A DNA stretch of 64,000 nt from Candidatus Latescibacterota bacterium. GTDB lineage: Bacteria; Latescibacterota; UBA2968. Shown piece after piece: positions 1-10,060 of this stretch (the first letter of the stretch is position 1; each line of letters opens with the position of its first letter). The stretch lies in contig OZ242311.1 in assembly GCA_965207885.1 (NCBI GenBank), forward strand, positions 1,216,001-1,280,000. The letters run 5' to 3'. Below the pieces are notes generated by a model. That model was not told where the DNA came from. It was given only the letters and a program-made list of their open reading frames with translations, and did not search any database. Position numbers and translations under genes: made by a program.

Positions 1-2
1 AT

Positions 3-671
3 CGGGATTATCCCGATACCATCATCCCCTTCTGCCATGTAGATGTCACGCGGGAAGACGCCGTGACCGAACTGGAAAAACGCGCCGCCAGCGGCATTTT
101 TAAGGGCTATGGCGAACAAAAACAGCACCTGCGACTGGACGATCCGCGATTGGAAAAAGCACTGGCAGTCTGCAATGAATTGAACTGGCCCGTAACCTGG
201 CATTTTCAAGAAGGCGAGCGGGGATATAACCAGGGCATTGAACACCTCGAAGTCCTACTAAAAAAATTCCCCAATATTAAATTCATCGGCCATGCCCAAT
301 CGTGGTGGGCGCATATCAGCGCCGACGTACCCGCCCCCGAAGAGACCCTGTATCCCACGGGCGCGGTCAAACCCGACGGCTTAATAGATCGGCTATTGGC
401 AGACTATCCCAATATATTTGCCGATTTATCCGCGGGTTCGGGTCTGGGCGGACTGACGCGGGACGAGGATTTCACCGCGGGATTCCTGGCGCGGCATGGC
501 AAAAAATTGATGTTTGCCACAGACTGTCCATGCAGAGATGGCAAAGGTGGAGGCCTCTCCCGCGGCGCGTGTTTCGCGCAATTGAGTCTCCCATTCCTCA
601 AACGCATGCTCGCCCCCAACGCACTGGAAGATATCTTGCACAACAATGCAGTGATGATTTTAAATCTGTGA
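3..671 (+). CDS. Amidohydrolase family protein (Amidohydro_2-like), 5'-partial
   Basis: Frame is open from the window start (RDYPDTIIPFCHVD...). Motifs PVTWH, FIGHA, FADLSAGSG, LMFATDCPC and ILHNNA are typical of TIM-barrel amidohydrolases. Confidence 0.8.
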   Translation, partial: RDYPDTIIPFCHVDVTREDAVTELEKRAASGIFKGYGEQKQHLRLDDPRLEKALAVCNELNWPVTWHFQEGERGYNQGIEHLEVLLKKFPNIKFIGHAQSWWAHISADVPAPEETLYPTGAVKPDGLIDRLLADYPNIFADLSAGSGLGGLTRDEDFTAGFLARHGKKLMFATDCPCRDGKGGGLSRGACFAQLSLPFLKRMLAPNALEDILHNNAVMILNL

Positions 672-694
672 AGACTATCATACAGGGGCGTGGT

Positions 695-1606
695 TTGAAA
701 AAAGTTTATGTATTGTTGACAATGGACTGCGAGACGGCCAGGTCCGACGTGACCCCCCATGCCAGGCGAATGTCGGGTAGTGGCCCTGCGGATTATCGGG
801 AGAGTGAACGATCGATCTATTTTTACGTTGAGACAGCAAAGGCTTATGGGTTTCCGGTCACGCTTTTTGCGCACCCGGAAGTAGCGCTTGAGAATGCAGA
901 TCTGCTTCAGACGCTGCAGGATCAGGGCGCGTGTTTGGGGCTGCATTTGCATCCATACAAGCTCAGTGGAGGGAGATACAAATACGATCTGGGCGCATAT
1001 TCTGCGCGTACGCAGCGCGAGATTATTCAAGAGGCAATGGAGATATGGGCGTCTGCGCTGGGCAAGGCGCCCCGTTATTTCAGAGCGGGTTATTTTTCGG
1101 CCAATGATTGCACATTCGGCGTGCTGAGCGAACTGGGATTTGTGGGCGGAAGTCTTTCAAATCCGGGGCGGGTTCTACCCGCGCACTGCAGTGTTTGGGC
1201 CGGTGCAGAGCCCTATCCTCACCGGGCGCATCTGGGATTTCGTTTGATTCGAGGAAATAGCGACTTTATCAATGTACCGGTATCCGCAGCATTTGGTAGG
1301 CCGGTTGCCCAGGGCCATGCGGGCGAGCAGGGCTATGAATGGTCCTATGTCCCGCACACGTACGACCACAGGGCAATTATTCGGGATGTGCTAAATCGTT
1401 TCCGAATCGAAGATCCCCGGTTTGGCACCCTTGTGACGGACAGCCATAATGATCAGGATTATTCCGACCCCGGGCATCCCGCAAGGCAGAACCTGGAGTT
1501 GATACTCAGATCGATTGGGGATTTCTGCGGACAGATGGAGATGATCCCCGTGGGGATTACGCTTGATGCCCTGTGTGAGCTTGTTCTGGCCGATGGGAAT
1601 GCGTAG
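695..1606 (+). CDS. Polysaccharide deacetylase (NodB-like) family protein
   Basis: LTMDCE, PVTLF, GLHLHP and FRAGYF motifs. TTG start after CAGGGG; GTG at 668 is an alternative start. The ORF-track start at 302 overlaps the previous gene. Confidence 0.7.
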   Translation: MKKVYVLLTMDCETARSDVTPHARRMSGSGPADYRESERSIYFYVETAKAYGFPVTLFAHPEVALENADLLQTLQDQGACLGLHLHPYKLSGGRYKYDLGAYSARTQREIIQEAMEIWASALGKAPRYFRAGYFSANDCTFGVLSELGFVGGSLSNPGRVLPAHCSVWAGAEPYPHRAHLGFRLIRGNSDFINVPVSAAFGRPVAQGHAGEQGYEWSYVPHTYDHRAIIRDVLNRFRIEDPRFGTLVTDSHNDQDYSDPGHPARQNLELILRSIGDFCGQMEMIPVGITLDALCELVLADGNA

Positions 1607-1633
1607 TGTTCAATTATTAAATGGGAGAAAACC

Positions 1634-2452
1634 GTGCGAATCGATTCTCATGTACACGTATGGACAATGGGGGCACCGCCGTTTACCCATAATAATGACA
1701 TGACCACACAACGGCCCGATTATCCGGGGCTGGTGGAAAATCTCATCAGGTACATGGATCTCAATAAAATCGACCGCACCGTGCTGATCCAGTGCATGTA
1801 TCACGGGTATCACAATCGCTATATGTGCGATTGTCTGAAGCGATTTCCAAATCGCCTGCACGGGGTGGCTCTAATCGATCCCCTGAAACCCGACGCGCCC
1901 GAAACACTGGCGCGTCTGCACCGGGATCACGGAGTGCAGGGAATGCGATTGTATCCGATTAAAGATCGGGATGCGTCGTGGTTGTCAGATCCTGGGCAGC
2001 ATGCGCTTTGGGAGACAGCACAAAGGCTGGGCGTGCCCTTTACATGGTTTGGACGCTGCCATCAGATTCCACTGCTGGAACCGATATTGCGGCAATTTCC
2101 CGAGGTAAATGTAATAGTAGATCATCTGGGCGAGCCGATCCTGTCCGAAGGGCTGGACGGCAGTTTCGGGATCTTGCTGGCAGCGGCAAAATATCCCAAT
2201 CTCTTTGTTAAAGCGACCCGGATTGATGGGATTTCCGAGCAACCCTGGCCACACGAAGATGTGTATCCCTATGTCAGAGCCGTGTACGAGGCTTTTGGGC
2301 CTGAACGGATGCTGGGATGCACGGGATTTCCGGAAAATCCGCAGCGCGGGGAGGCCGTTGGTTTTCGCGTGCTTGAAGAGATGGACTTTCTGTCAGATGA
2401 GGACAGAGCATGGATTTTGGGCAAGACAGCCGATACACTCTACGGCGCATAA
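1634..2452 (+). CDS. Amidohydrolase family protein (sugar lactonase-like)
   Basis: IDSHVHVW N-terminal metal motif, GVQGMRL, IVDHLGEP, FGPERML; RBS GGGAGA. Confidence 0.85.
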   Translation: MRIDSHVHVWTMGAPPFTHNNDMTTQRPDYPGLVENLIRYMDLNKIDRTVLIQCMYHGYHNRYMCDCLKRFPNRLHGVALIDPLKPDAPETLARLHRDHGVQGMRLYPIKDRDASWLSDPGQHALWETAQRLGVPFTWFGRCHQIPLLEPILRQFPEVNVIVDHLGEPILSEGLDGSFGILLAAAKYPNLFVKATRIDGISEQPWPHEDVYPYVRAVYEAFGPERMLGCTGFPENPQRGEAVGFRVLEEMDFLSDEDRAWILGKTADTLYGA

Positions 2453-2465
2453 GGAAAAGGCAGAA

Positions 2466-5258
2466 ATGTACAAACCTGATGATATCGAAAACGCCCGGCA
2501 AAATCTATCTCGCTACGGTTGGGCGCAGGAAATCGTGAATGGCTGGGCGCAAAGCGTTGCATTTGCCATGCAGCAAGATCGGGCGTTTTTCGACACAATG
2601 ATCCCCGAATTGACCCCCGGCACACATTATGGTCAGAACTGTCCGCACTGTGTGGGCAAGCAATCGCTAATGGGCGGCGGACTCTTTGACTGGCACATTG
2701 ACAGCCCGGATGAAATTACCTGTCGCGCATGTGCCACAGTTTATCCCAACGCGCAGTACCCGGAGACCGGCTTACTGGTATGCCCGCGAATGGGTCAACA
2801 GTTCACCTATTATGAAACGCCCGAAGAAGTGGCCGACCCCGAAAATCGCGCAAAGCACGCACTCAAATGGCTTGGGGACCGCCCCACAATGACGAGTTTT
2901 AGCGGTCATATTCGAGATCGCAAAGTAAGCTGGGCGCGAAGTCAGGCATTGACACTTGCCAAACTGTACGCGGTAACAGGTGAAATTGGATACGCCGAGC
3001 GCGCGGTGTGGATCCTCGACCGGATCGCCCGGGTATTTCCGAATTATCTCTACCATTCCTACGACGGAAGTGTTGCGGACTGCCCACCTGCAGAGGTAGC
3101 GGCCAACATGGGCAAAGAAGAGGCTGAGGGAGGTCCTCGCGGGGGACGCTTCCCAAAAGATGCAATCTGCCACGCTTATGATTTGCACCAATTTGAGGAT
3201 TATTCGACGATGAACAACGGGTTCTGGGGCGCGGGCCGCATGAACGTCCATGGAAAGGGAAGCGATGCCGGAGCGCTATATGTATTGACCGTTGCCTACG
3301 ACCTGATCCGCGATGCAGAGTACACGTCTGGTCGTCGTCTGATAGACCGGGATACAGCACGACGGATAAAAGAGGACCTGATCCTCGCCGGATGTGTGGA
3401 CATGATGCACTGGAATTCTCTCAGCAACAAGGGCACAGCGGTTTTTGTACTAAGCGCTGCAGTGGGAATGCTTCTGGATCACCCCCAGAAGGTGCGGCAC
3501 GCGCTGGATGGCTTCAATCGGATGCTGGCAGAACGGTATCATCACGATGGTTTTTACTCGGAATCGCCATCCTATTCGGCTCACAATCTTTTCAACGTGC
3601 ATGAACTGGCCGACTTGCTACACGGATATAGCGATCCCCCCGGTTATCAGCCAGAAAAAGGCGAGCGGATCGAGCAGTTAGACATGTTTTCAAGCGGGCG
3701 TTACCCTCTCTCCCTGCTATCTCTGACCAAAATGCTCGCACCCGGCAACCGCATGCCAGTGATTGGCGATACGCAGTACGATACCGAAGCGAACCTTCTC
3801 TCCGCTGAAATTCTCGCCGCGCGTCTCGGTAGCGCGCACGCTGGCTTACTGGAACTCGTTCAGGGAGCATCTTTATCCGAAAAAGGCGGAGAGTACGCGC
3901 TGTGGTACCGTCCTTATGATCTGCAATCAGAGTCAACGACACTACCCCTGCATACCGAGTGGTTCCCCGGCTGGCATGTTGGCGTCTTGCGCGGCGGTCG
4001 AGATGACACCGCGCTTTATTTAAATGGCAATGAGCACCAGTGGACCTTGCAAACCAGTCACCGGCAGCAAGATATTTTGAGCCTGAGCTATTACGCTTAT
4101 GGGGAGGAACTCGCCTCGGACCGCGGTTATTTTTCTGGCAGCAGCCAGCAACTCCCAGACGGCCGCAGCGGACAAATTTGGGTAAAAAGCAGCCTATCGC
4201 ACAACCTGGTGGTAGTCGATGAAGAAGAGCAAAACAACACGGCTTGCGGTTCCAACCTGGAATTATTTGGCACAGCACCAGGCATTGAAGTCGTACAGGC
4301 CTCGGGCGTGAATGTGTACCCCCAGTGTCAGGAATATCGACGCACCTGCGCGATGGTAACAACGCCACAGGGACAAACCTATAGTGTGGATCTTTTCAGG
4401 GTCAAAGGCGGACGGATCCATCAATACAATTTCCACTGCAATGGCTCACCAATAGGCATGAACCCGACAACGCCATCGCCACAGGCAGTAGTTCTGGGAG
4501 ACGCCTGGGATATGTGGCTCGAAAATCCTCAGGCGATTGCACCCCAGGAACCGACCACATTTACATGGCAATTTCGGAATGTGAATCTGGATCTGATGTT
4601 GTTAAATGTGCCACACCGCATTATTCTCGCAGATGCGCCCGGCTGGCGGGTTGGAACACCTGAGGAACTGGAAAAACCAGCGATCAGACAAATTTTCGCA
4701 GAAAACTGCGCCGAGGATGGCAATGATACACTTGCAAGCCAGTACGCCGCTGTGATTGCGCCCTACAAAGCTGGAAATTCTCCACTACTTAGCGCGCGAT
4801 TGCTCGCAGATGATCCAGACACCGGCGTTCTGGCCGTTAAAGTAAAACTATTGGACCGCACCGATTATATTATTTCGACAAAGGATCAAAAAGAACGACA
4901 ATTCGGGCCCGTGACCGCTGCCGCGCAATTCGCATTTGTGTCGGTAAATGATCAAGGCGTGCAGGGCTATTTGCTGAACGGCACAGTATTGACATATGGC
5001 AATCTGAAAATTTCACTCACAGAGGCGAGCACCTCTCTGAAGGTACAGTCGGTGGAGAAAAGTGTAATTCATCTCGCAGAACCGTTACAAAACCCACAGG
5101 CAGTCATCGGCTCTTATTTACTCGCTGGAGAGTCACCTCAGACCGGTTTTGAAATTGTATCGGCCACAGAAAACGCGATTACCGTGCGGGACTATCCCGC
5201 GATTACTTGCGACAAAATCAGAATCTTAAATTCCGCCTGGGCGCATATTGCACCTTAA
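2466..5258 (+). CDS. Heparinase II/III-family polysaccharide lyase-like protein
   Basis: DGFYSESPSYS, MPVIGD, SHRQQDILSL, ELASDRGY, SHNLVVVD and YRRT..VDLFRV motifs. ATG 2466 follows AAGGAAAAGG. Confidence 0.75.
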   Translation: MYKPDDIENARQNLSRYGWAQEIVNGWAQSVAFAMQQDRAFFDTMIPELTPGTHYGQNCPHCVGKQSLMGGGLFDWHIDSPDEITCRACATVYPNAQYPETGLLVCPRMGQQFTYYETPEEVADPENRAKHALKWLGDRPTMTSFSGHIRDRKVSWARSQALTLAKLYAVTGEIGYAERAVWILDRIARVFPNYLYHSYDGSVADCPPAEVAANMGKEEAEGGPRGGRFPKDAICHAYDLHQFEDYSTMNNGFWGAGRMNVHGKGSDAGALYVLTVAYDLIRDAEYTSGRRLIDRDTARRIKEDLILAGCVDMMHWNSLSNKGTAVFVLSAAVGMLLDHPQKVRHALDGFNRMLAERYHHDGFYSESPSYSAHNLFNVHELADLLHGYSDPPGYQPEKGERIEQLDMFSSGRYPLSLLSLTKMLAPGNRMPVIGDTQYDTEANLLSAEILAARLGSAHAGLLELVQGASLSEKGGEYALWYRPYDLQSESTTLPLHTEWFPGWHVGVLRGGRDDTALYLNGNEHQWTLQTSHRQQDILSLSYYAYGEELASDRGYFSGSSQQLPDGRSGQIWVKSSLSHNLVVVDEEEQNNTACGSNLELFGTAPGIEVVQASGVNVYPQCQEYRRTCAMVTTPQGQTYSVDLFRVKGGRIHQYNFHCNGSPIGMNPTTPSPQAVVLGDAWDMWLENPQAIAPQEPTTFTWQFRNVNLDLMLLNVPHRIILADAPGWRVGTPEELEKPAIRQIFAENCAEDGNDTLASQYAAVIAPYKAGNSPLLSARLLADDPDTGVLAVKVKLLDRTDYIISTKDQKERQFGPVTAAAQFAFVSVNDQGVQGYLLNGTVLTYGNLKISLTEASTSLKVQSVEKSVIHLAEPLQNPQAVIGSYLLAGESPQTGFEIVSATENAITVRDYPAITCDKIRILNSAWAHIAP

Positions 5259-5275
5259 AATAGGGAGGGATTCAC

Positions 5276-6313
5276 ATGCAAATCTTCGATCAATATTCAG
5301 ATATCCTGCAGCGGATTGAACAGAAAGGATATCCATCCCGGGTACTCGGACATACGCCGGATGGATCGCCGCTGGTATGTCTCAGAACTGGAGGAGAAAA
5401 AACACCGGCTATTTTTATCAGCGCGGGCAGCCATTCGACGGAACAGGCCGGGGTCGGAGCGGCAATGGGACTTATGGACGCACTCGACACAGAGCATCAG
5501 GTCTATGTGATACCCACCCGCGATCCAATGGGAATGAACGGATATGCGTACACGCTGAGCTTGAGCCTCGGCGAAGAGCCGGAATTAAACTCTGTAGAGG
5601 ACATCAAGAAAATTCTACGAGCACACGGCGAGGTACTCTACGAAGAAGGTGAAACAATAATCGCAATTATAGGCGAATACGGGTATTCGACTGAGGGAAT
5701 TTTCGGGAAATTCGAGGTAGGAGTTGATTTTCTAAAACCGCTCTTTGGGCGGCGCATTTTCTTTCCATCGCTGGCCGAAGGCATTGAAGGCACTGCCCTC
5801 TGCCAGCGAGCCTATACCCTGATAGTGAGTCCAGAAGGCGAAGTATTGCACATCAATCGCTTTCACGACACAGCCTGGTCGCCTGTGGAACCGCGTTGCA
5901 CGCGCAACTTGATGGCTGAAATTCAGCCTGGACTAACACTGGACCTGCACGAATACGGAGGAGATGGCTTCTGGTTCTCCGCCCGCCACCAGCGCAACGA
6001 AAATGATGAAATGTGGGAAAAGCAGATGGCAGATGCAATCATTCGAGCAGTTGCCGATTCCGGAGCCAAACTTGCGCCAGAAGGTTATTCGCCCGGATCG
6101 TTTTTTGAAACAGGAGAACGCGGCGTATTCTGGTTGATCGCCCAGGATCGGGGAGAGGGCCTGAATCTGGCCGATTACGGAGCGCATCAATACGGTCCGT
6201 CATTTACAATTGAGACGGGAATGACCATGCAGGGCGGTTATCAGGAACGCGTGCAAACATCTATGTTGGCAGCGCAAACCGCGATCTCAGTTTTTGAAGA
6301 ACGCTGGCGTTGA
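5276..6313 (+). CDS. M14 zinc carboxypeptidase / succinylglutamate desuccinylase-like protein
   Basis: AGSHSTE (HxxE), INR, LDLHE and FTIET motifs; RBS GGGAGG. Confidence 0.7.
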   Translation: MQIFDQYSDILQRIEQKGYPSRVLGHTPDGSPLVCLRTGGEKTPAIFISAGSHSTEQAGVGAAMGLMDALDTEHQVYVIPTRDPMGMNGYAYTLSLSLGEEPELNSVEDIKKILRAHGEVLYEEGETIIAIIGEYGYSTEGIFGKFEVGVDFLKPLFGRRIFFPSLAEGIEGTALCQRAYTLIVSPEGEVLHINRFHDTAWSPVEPRCTRNLMAEIQPGLTLDLHEYGGDGFWFSARHQRNENDEMWEKQMADAIIRAVADSGAKLAPEGYSPGSFFETGERGVFWLIAQDRGEGLNLADYGAHQYGPSFTIETGMTMQGGYQERVQTSMLAAQTAISVFEERWR

Positions 6314-6347
6314 GACAATAAAGATTACCCGTGAGGGGAATCGCGTT

Positions 6348-7667
6348 ATGAATTTAATCCAAAAAATCGCGCTGTGTACATTTGTCGCGCTTATCGCGTG
6401 TGGTGGAAATAAACCCATAGAACCAGAAAATGGGGATAATCCCACGGATAGCGGTCTGGATGCACACCGCTTTGATATTACGGAAAATCAGACCAGCGAT
6501 TTCGGGATGAACACGCCTGGAGGACGCGGGGGCAGGGTCATTCGGGTGACAAATCTATTGGCGAGTGGACAGGGATCACTGAATGCGGCGCTATCTGCAT
6601 CGGGCTCGCGTATTGTGGTATTCGAAGTGGGAGGGGTAATTGATCTGAACAAAACGCGGTTGAACATTCGCGAGCCATTTGTGACAGTGGCTGGACAAAC
6701 CGCACCGAGTCCGGGCATTACCATCATTCGCGGTGCAATTTTCATACAGACACACAATGTAATTTTACAGCATATTCGGGTACGCCCAGGTGATGCGGGC
6801 GAAGCAAAAAGAAGTGGATGGGAGCCAGATGGCATCTCCACAGCGGGTAGTGATGCGTACAATGTGTTGATCAATCACTGTTCTATTTCATGGGCAGTAG
6901 ATGAAAATTTGAGCGCATCTGGTCCAAATACTGAGGGACCTGATGCGACTTCTCGTCGCATCGCATTTGTCAATTGCATTATCGCCGAATGCCTGAATGA
7001 TGCATCCCACAGCAAAGGTCCGCACTCCATGGGATCGCTGATTCACGACTTCTGCCGAGAAATCGCCATCATCGGCAATTTGTATGCCCACAATGCAAAT
7101 CGCAACCCGTATTTCAAGGCATTTACAACCGGGGTGATCGTGAACAATTTGATCTACAACCCGGGGACTCGGGCGATTCAACTGAGTTTTTCAGATGCTG
7201 AATTTAGCGATACCAATCTCGTTCCGCAAAATGCGCGCGTGAGCGTGGTGGGCAACGTGATGATTCACGGTGGAAATACCCGGTCGGGATTGGCACTGGT
7301 ATCCTCAAAGGGCGATGCCTATCTCGAGGATAATATCGCGCTGGATAGAACAGGAACTAATGTGCCTTTAACCTCGGGCAATATCCGCATTTTGGAAGAG
7401 AAGCCCATCTGGGGCAACATCACTCCATTACCCGCATCAGCGGTTGTAGAACATGTAGTACAAAGCGCGGGTGCGCGTCCAAAAGACCGCGATGAAACAG
7501 ACCTGCGGATTATACGCGAGTTTCTCGAACGCAAAGGTAGGATGATCGATAGCCAGCAGGAGGCGGGTGGATATCCCCAGATAAATATGGTCAGACGACC
7601 GCTGGATATTCCCACAGATGTGGATGCGTGGTTGGCGCGACTCGCGGCAGAACTTGAGGGAAATTAA
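6348..7667 (+). CDS. Pectate lyase (PL1-like) lipoprotein
   Basis: Lipobox LIAC; GGRGGRVIRVTNL, GQTAPSPGI, HCSISWAVDE and RNP motifs. Confidence 0.85.
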   Translation: MNLIQKIALCTFVALIACGGNKPIEPENGDNPTDSGLDAHRFDITENQTSDFGMNTPGGRGGRVIRVTNLLASGQGSLNAALSASGSRIVVFEVGGVIDLNKTRLNIREPFVTVAGQTAPSPGITIIRGAIFIQTHNVILQHIRVRPGDAGEAKRSGWEPDGISTAGSDAYNVLINHCSISWAVDENLSASGPNTEGPDATSRRIAFVNCIIAECLNDASHSKGPHSMGSLIHDFCREIAIIGNLYAHNANRNPYFKAFTTGVIVNNLIYNPGTRAIQLSFSDAEFSDTNLVPQNARVSVVGNVMIHGGNTRSGLALVSSKGDAYLEDNIALDRTGTNVPLTSGNIRILEEKPIWGNITPLPASAVVEHVVQSAGARPKDRDETDLRIIREFLERKGRMIDSQQEAGGYPQINMVRRPLDIPTDVDAWLARLAAELEGN

Positions 7668-7691
7668 TCGTTAAAAAAGAAAGGATAATTC

Positions 7692-8564
7692 ATGCAGAAA
7701 AGGACCCTTGGACGCACTGGACACAAGAGCACTATAGCGACCTTTGGCACATTCTCGGTTGGATATGTAGATCAGAACGAAGCAGACCGCGCCATACAAC
7801 TCGTCTTTGACCACGGTGTAAACCACATCGACATAGCGCCGAGCTATGGACACGCGATGGAACGCGTGGCTCCGTGGATGCCCGACATACGAGACGACGT
7901 ATTTCTCGGCTCAAAAACAAATTGTCGCACGCGCGACGAAGCGTGGCGGGACGTGGAACAAATGATGAAGCGACTAAACGTCGAAAACTTCGACCTGTTC
8001 CAACTCCATTCAGTCGGCACTATCCCCGAACTGGACAAAACCACCGCATCGGGCGGCGCACTTGAAACCCTGATAGAAATGCGCGAACAGGGTTTGACCA
8101 GATGGCTGGGCATCACCGGGCACGGCCCCCAGGTACCGAGTACCATCCTGGAAAGCCTGAGCCGCTTCGACTTCGACACCGTCATGTTCCCACTGAACCC
8201 CGCAAGCATGCGAGACGCGAATTATCGCCGGGACGCCGAAGCACTACTCGCCGAAGCAAATGCACGCGACATCGGCATCCAAACAATCAAAATGATCGCA
8301 CGCGGCGGCTGGGGTGAAAATTCAAAAGACTGCAACACCTGGTACGACCCGCACCGGGAACAAGAAGCCATTGACCGGTCCCTGTGGTGGGTCCTCTCCC
8401 AGCCGATACACACCGCTCCTACCTGTGGCGAAATCAGCTTGCTGCCCAAAGTCCTCAACGCCGCCGAGCGATTCGTCCCCCTCACCCCCGACGAACAGGC
8501 CGCCGCCATCGCCGCACAGCGACCACCCCAGCCACTTCCAGCGCTGGCGATTCCCGAAGTGTGA
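7692..8564 (+). CDS. Aldo/keto reductase
   Basis: KRTLGRTG, HIDIAPSYG, FDLFQLH and LGITGH motifs. Confidence 0.9.
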   Translation: MQKRTLGRTGHKSTIATFGTFSVGYVDQNEADRAIQLVFDHGVNHIDIAPSYGHAMERVAPWMPDIRDDVFLGSKTNCRTRDEAWRDVEQMMKRLNVENFDLFQLHSVGTIPELDKTTASGGALETLIEMREQGLTRWLGITGHGPQVPSTILESLSRFDFDTVMFPLNPASMRDANYRRDAEALLAEANARDIGIQTIKMIARGGWGENSKDCNTWYDPHREQEAIDRSLWWVLSQPIHTAPTCGEISLLPKVLNAAERFVPLTPDEQAAAIAAQRPPQPLPALAIPEV

Positions 8565-8581
8565 ACCACCCCCATAACCTC

Positions 8582-8610
8582 TTGCCAGACACGCAAAACT
8601 TTGGCATCAT
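8582..8610 (+). promoter_or_regulatory. Putative sigma70 promoter of the membrane protein-crcB unit
   Basis: TTGCCA-17 bp-CATCAT in the intergenic gap. Confidence 0.35.
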
Positions 8611-8706
8611 GCAAAAAAGAAAGCGTTGGACTCTGGGCTTTTTTTCTTCTATGGACCAGGCCAGATCTGACAAACAACCATCCTCAAATTGAGAAGGAGT
8701 TTATTC

Positions 8707-9129
8707 ATGCTCAAGCAAATAGTCGGTGCAATTCTCACTATTGTAGGGGTGGCGGTTGCCATCCACACCGTAGTAGAACCGCTCTATCACGCCTCCAGCG
8801 ACGGGCAGCCATACAGTCCGTTTTGGGACATCCTGAATCTGTTAATGATTCTATCAATTATACTGGGCCTGATATTCGGATACATCCGCAAGAAAGGCGT
8901 CGCTGGTGGCGACGCGATTACCCGCGAATACCTCGCCGCCAACATCCAGTTCTACGGCTTATTATTCGTCGGCATCCTGTTCTTCTGGAACTATTTCAAT
9001 CTCCACAGTGATGCATTTACCGCGATAGGAGAAGAAACCGTATCCCTCGTGTGGATACTCATCGACGCCAGCCTCCCGCTACTTTTGGGCGCAATGGGCA
9101 TATCTCTGCTACGCAGCAGCGACGAGTAA
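8707..9129 (+). CDS. Hypothetical 4-TM membrane protein (paralog 1)
   Basis: RBS AAGGAG; four hydrophobic segments; clearly similar to 9511..9951. Confidence 0.8.
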   Translation: MLKQIVGAILTIVGVAVAIHTVVEPLYHASSDGQPYSPFWDILNLLMILSIILGLIFGYIRKKGVAGGDAITREYLAANIQFYGLLFVGILFFWNYFNLHSDAFTAIGEETVSLVWILIDASLPLLLGAMGISLLRSSDE

Positions 9130-9130
9130 A

Positions 9131-9499
9131 GTGGCGCAACTACTATTCATAGCTGGTGGGGGTGCTCTGGGAGCCTTATTGCGCTACGGCATGTCCATGA
9201 GCATACACATCCTGTTCGGACGCGGCTTTCCCTATGGCACGCTCACGGTCAACGTCATCGGATCGATCCTCATGGGGCTCCTTTACGTATGCCTGTCTGA
9301 ATATATGGACATGCCCTGGCGCGATGGTCTGCTAATAGGCCTCCTGGGGGCATTCACCACTTTTTCGACCTTTTCCATCGAAACCCTGCACCTGCTGGAA
9401 ACGAACCACCCTGTACTCGCCTTGATGAACATCCTCTTAAGTGTCACCCTCTGCATCGCGGGGTGCTGGATCGGCATCGTAATCGGGCGAGCGCTATAA
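9131..9499 (+). CDS. crcB: Fluoride efflux channel CrcB/FluC
   Basis: GGALGALLRY, FPYGTLTVNVIGS and GLLGAFTTFSTFS signature motifs. Confidence 0.95.
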   Translation: MAQLLFIAGGGALGALLRYGMSMSIHILFGRGFPYGTLTVNVIGSILMGLLYVCLSEYMDMPWRDGLLIGLLGAFTTFSTFSIETLHLLETNHPVLALMNILLSVTLCIAGCWIGIVIGRAL

Positions 9500-9510
9500 A
9501 GGAATTTATC

Positions 9511-9951
9511 ATGCTAAAAAAAATAATTGGCGCAATTCTCGTAATTATGGCGATTTTGGTTGCTGGACAAACCATCCTCGAACCCCTCTATCACACCTCT
9601 ACCGAAGAGCAACCATACAGCCATTTTTGGAACATCCTGGGCCACTTGATGACACTAACTCTCGTCTTAAGCCTGATATTTAGCTACATCCGAAAAAAAG
9701 GCGTTAATAGCGGCGACGCGATTACCCGCGAATACCTCGCTGCCAATATCCAGTTCTACGGCCTACTATTCGTCGGCATCATGTTTCTGTGGAACTGGTT
9801 CAACAGCCTCAGCCCCGCATTCACCGCAATAGGAGCCGACACCGTAACACTCGTTTGGATACTCATCGACGCCAGCCTGCCTCTGCTTTGGGGCGCAATG
9901 GGTATATCCTTCTGCTGCCCGACTGCGGGCAAAGGATTATCTGACGACTGA
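9511..9951 (+). CDS. Hypothetical 4-TM membrane protein (paralog 2)
   Basis: Shares EPLYH, YIRKKGV..GDAITREYLAANIQFYGLLFVGI and LVWILIDASLPLL with 8707..9129. Confidence 0.8.
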   Translation: MLKKIIGAILVIMAILVAGQTILEPLYHTSTEEQPYSHFWNILGHLMTLTLVLSLIFSYIRKKGVNSGDAITREYLAANIQFYGLLFVGIMFLWNWFNSLSPAFTAIGADTVTLVWILIDASLPLLWGAMGISFCCPTAGKGLSDD

Positions 9952-10060
9952 TTTTTCTATGCGATGAGAAAATTAAATCTAAAAGAACGCTCTGACCAAT
10001 GGCGTGTATAAACAGCACAGACAGAAGACAGTTACAAACAGTTACACAAAGGAGAATTTC

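Noticed and set aside
8565-8706. Fluoride riboswitch upstream of the crcB unit
   Set aside because: The GATGG..TTC.CC core and downstream TGA..CCT elements are not present.
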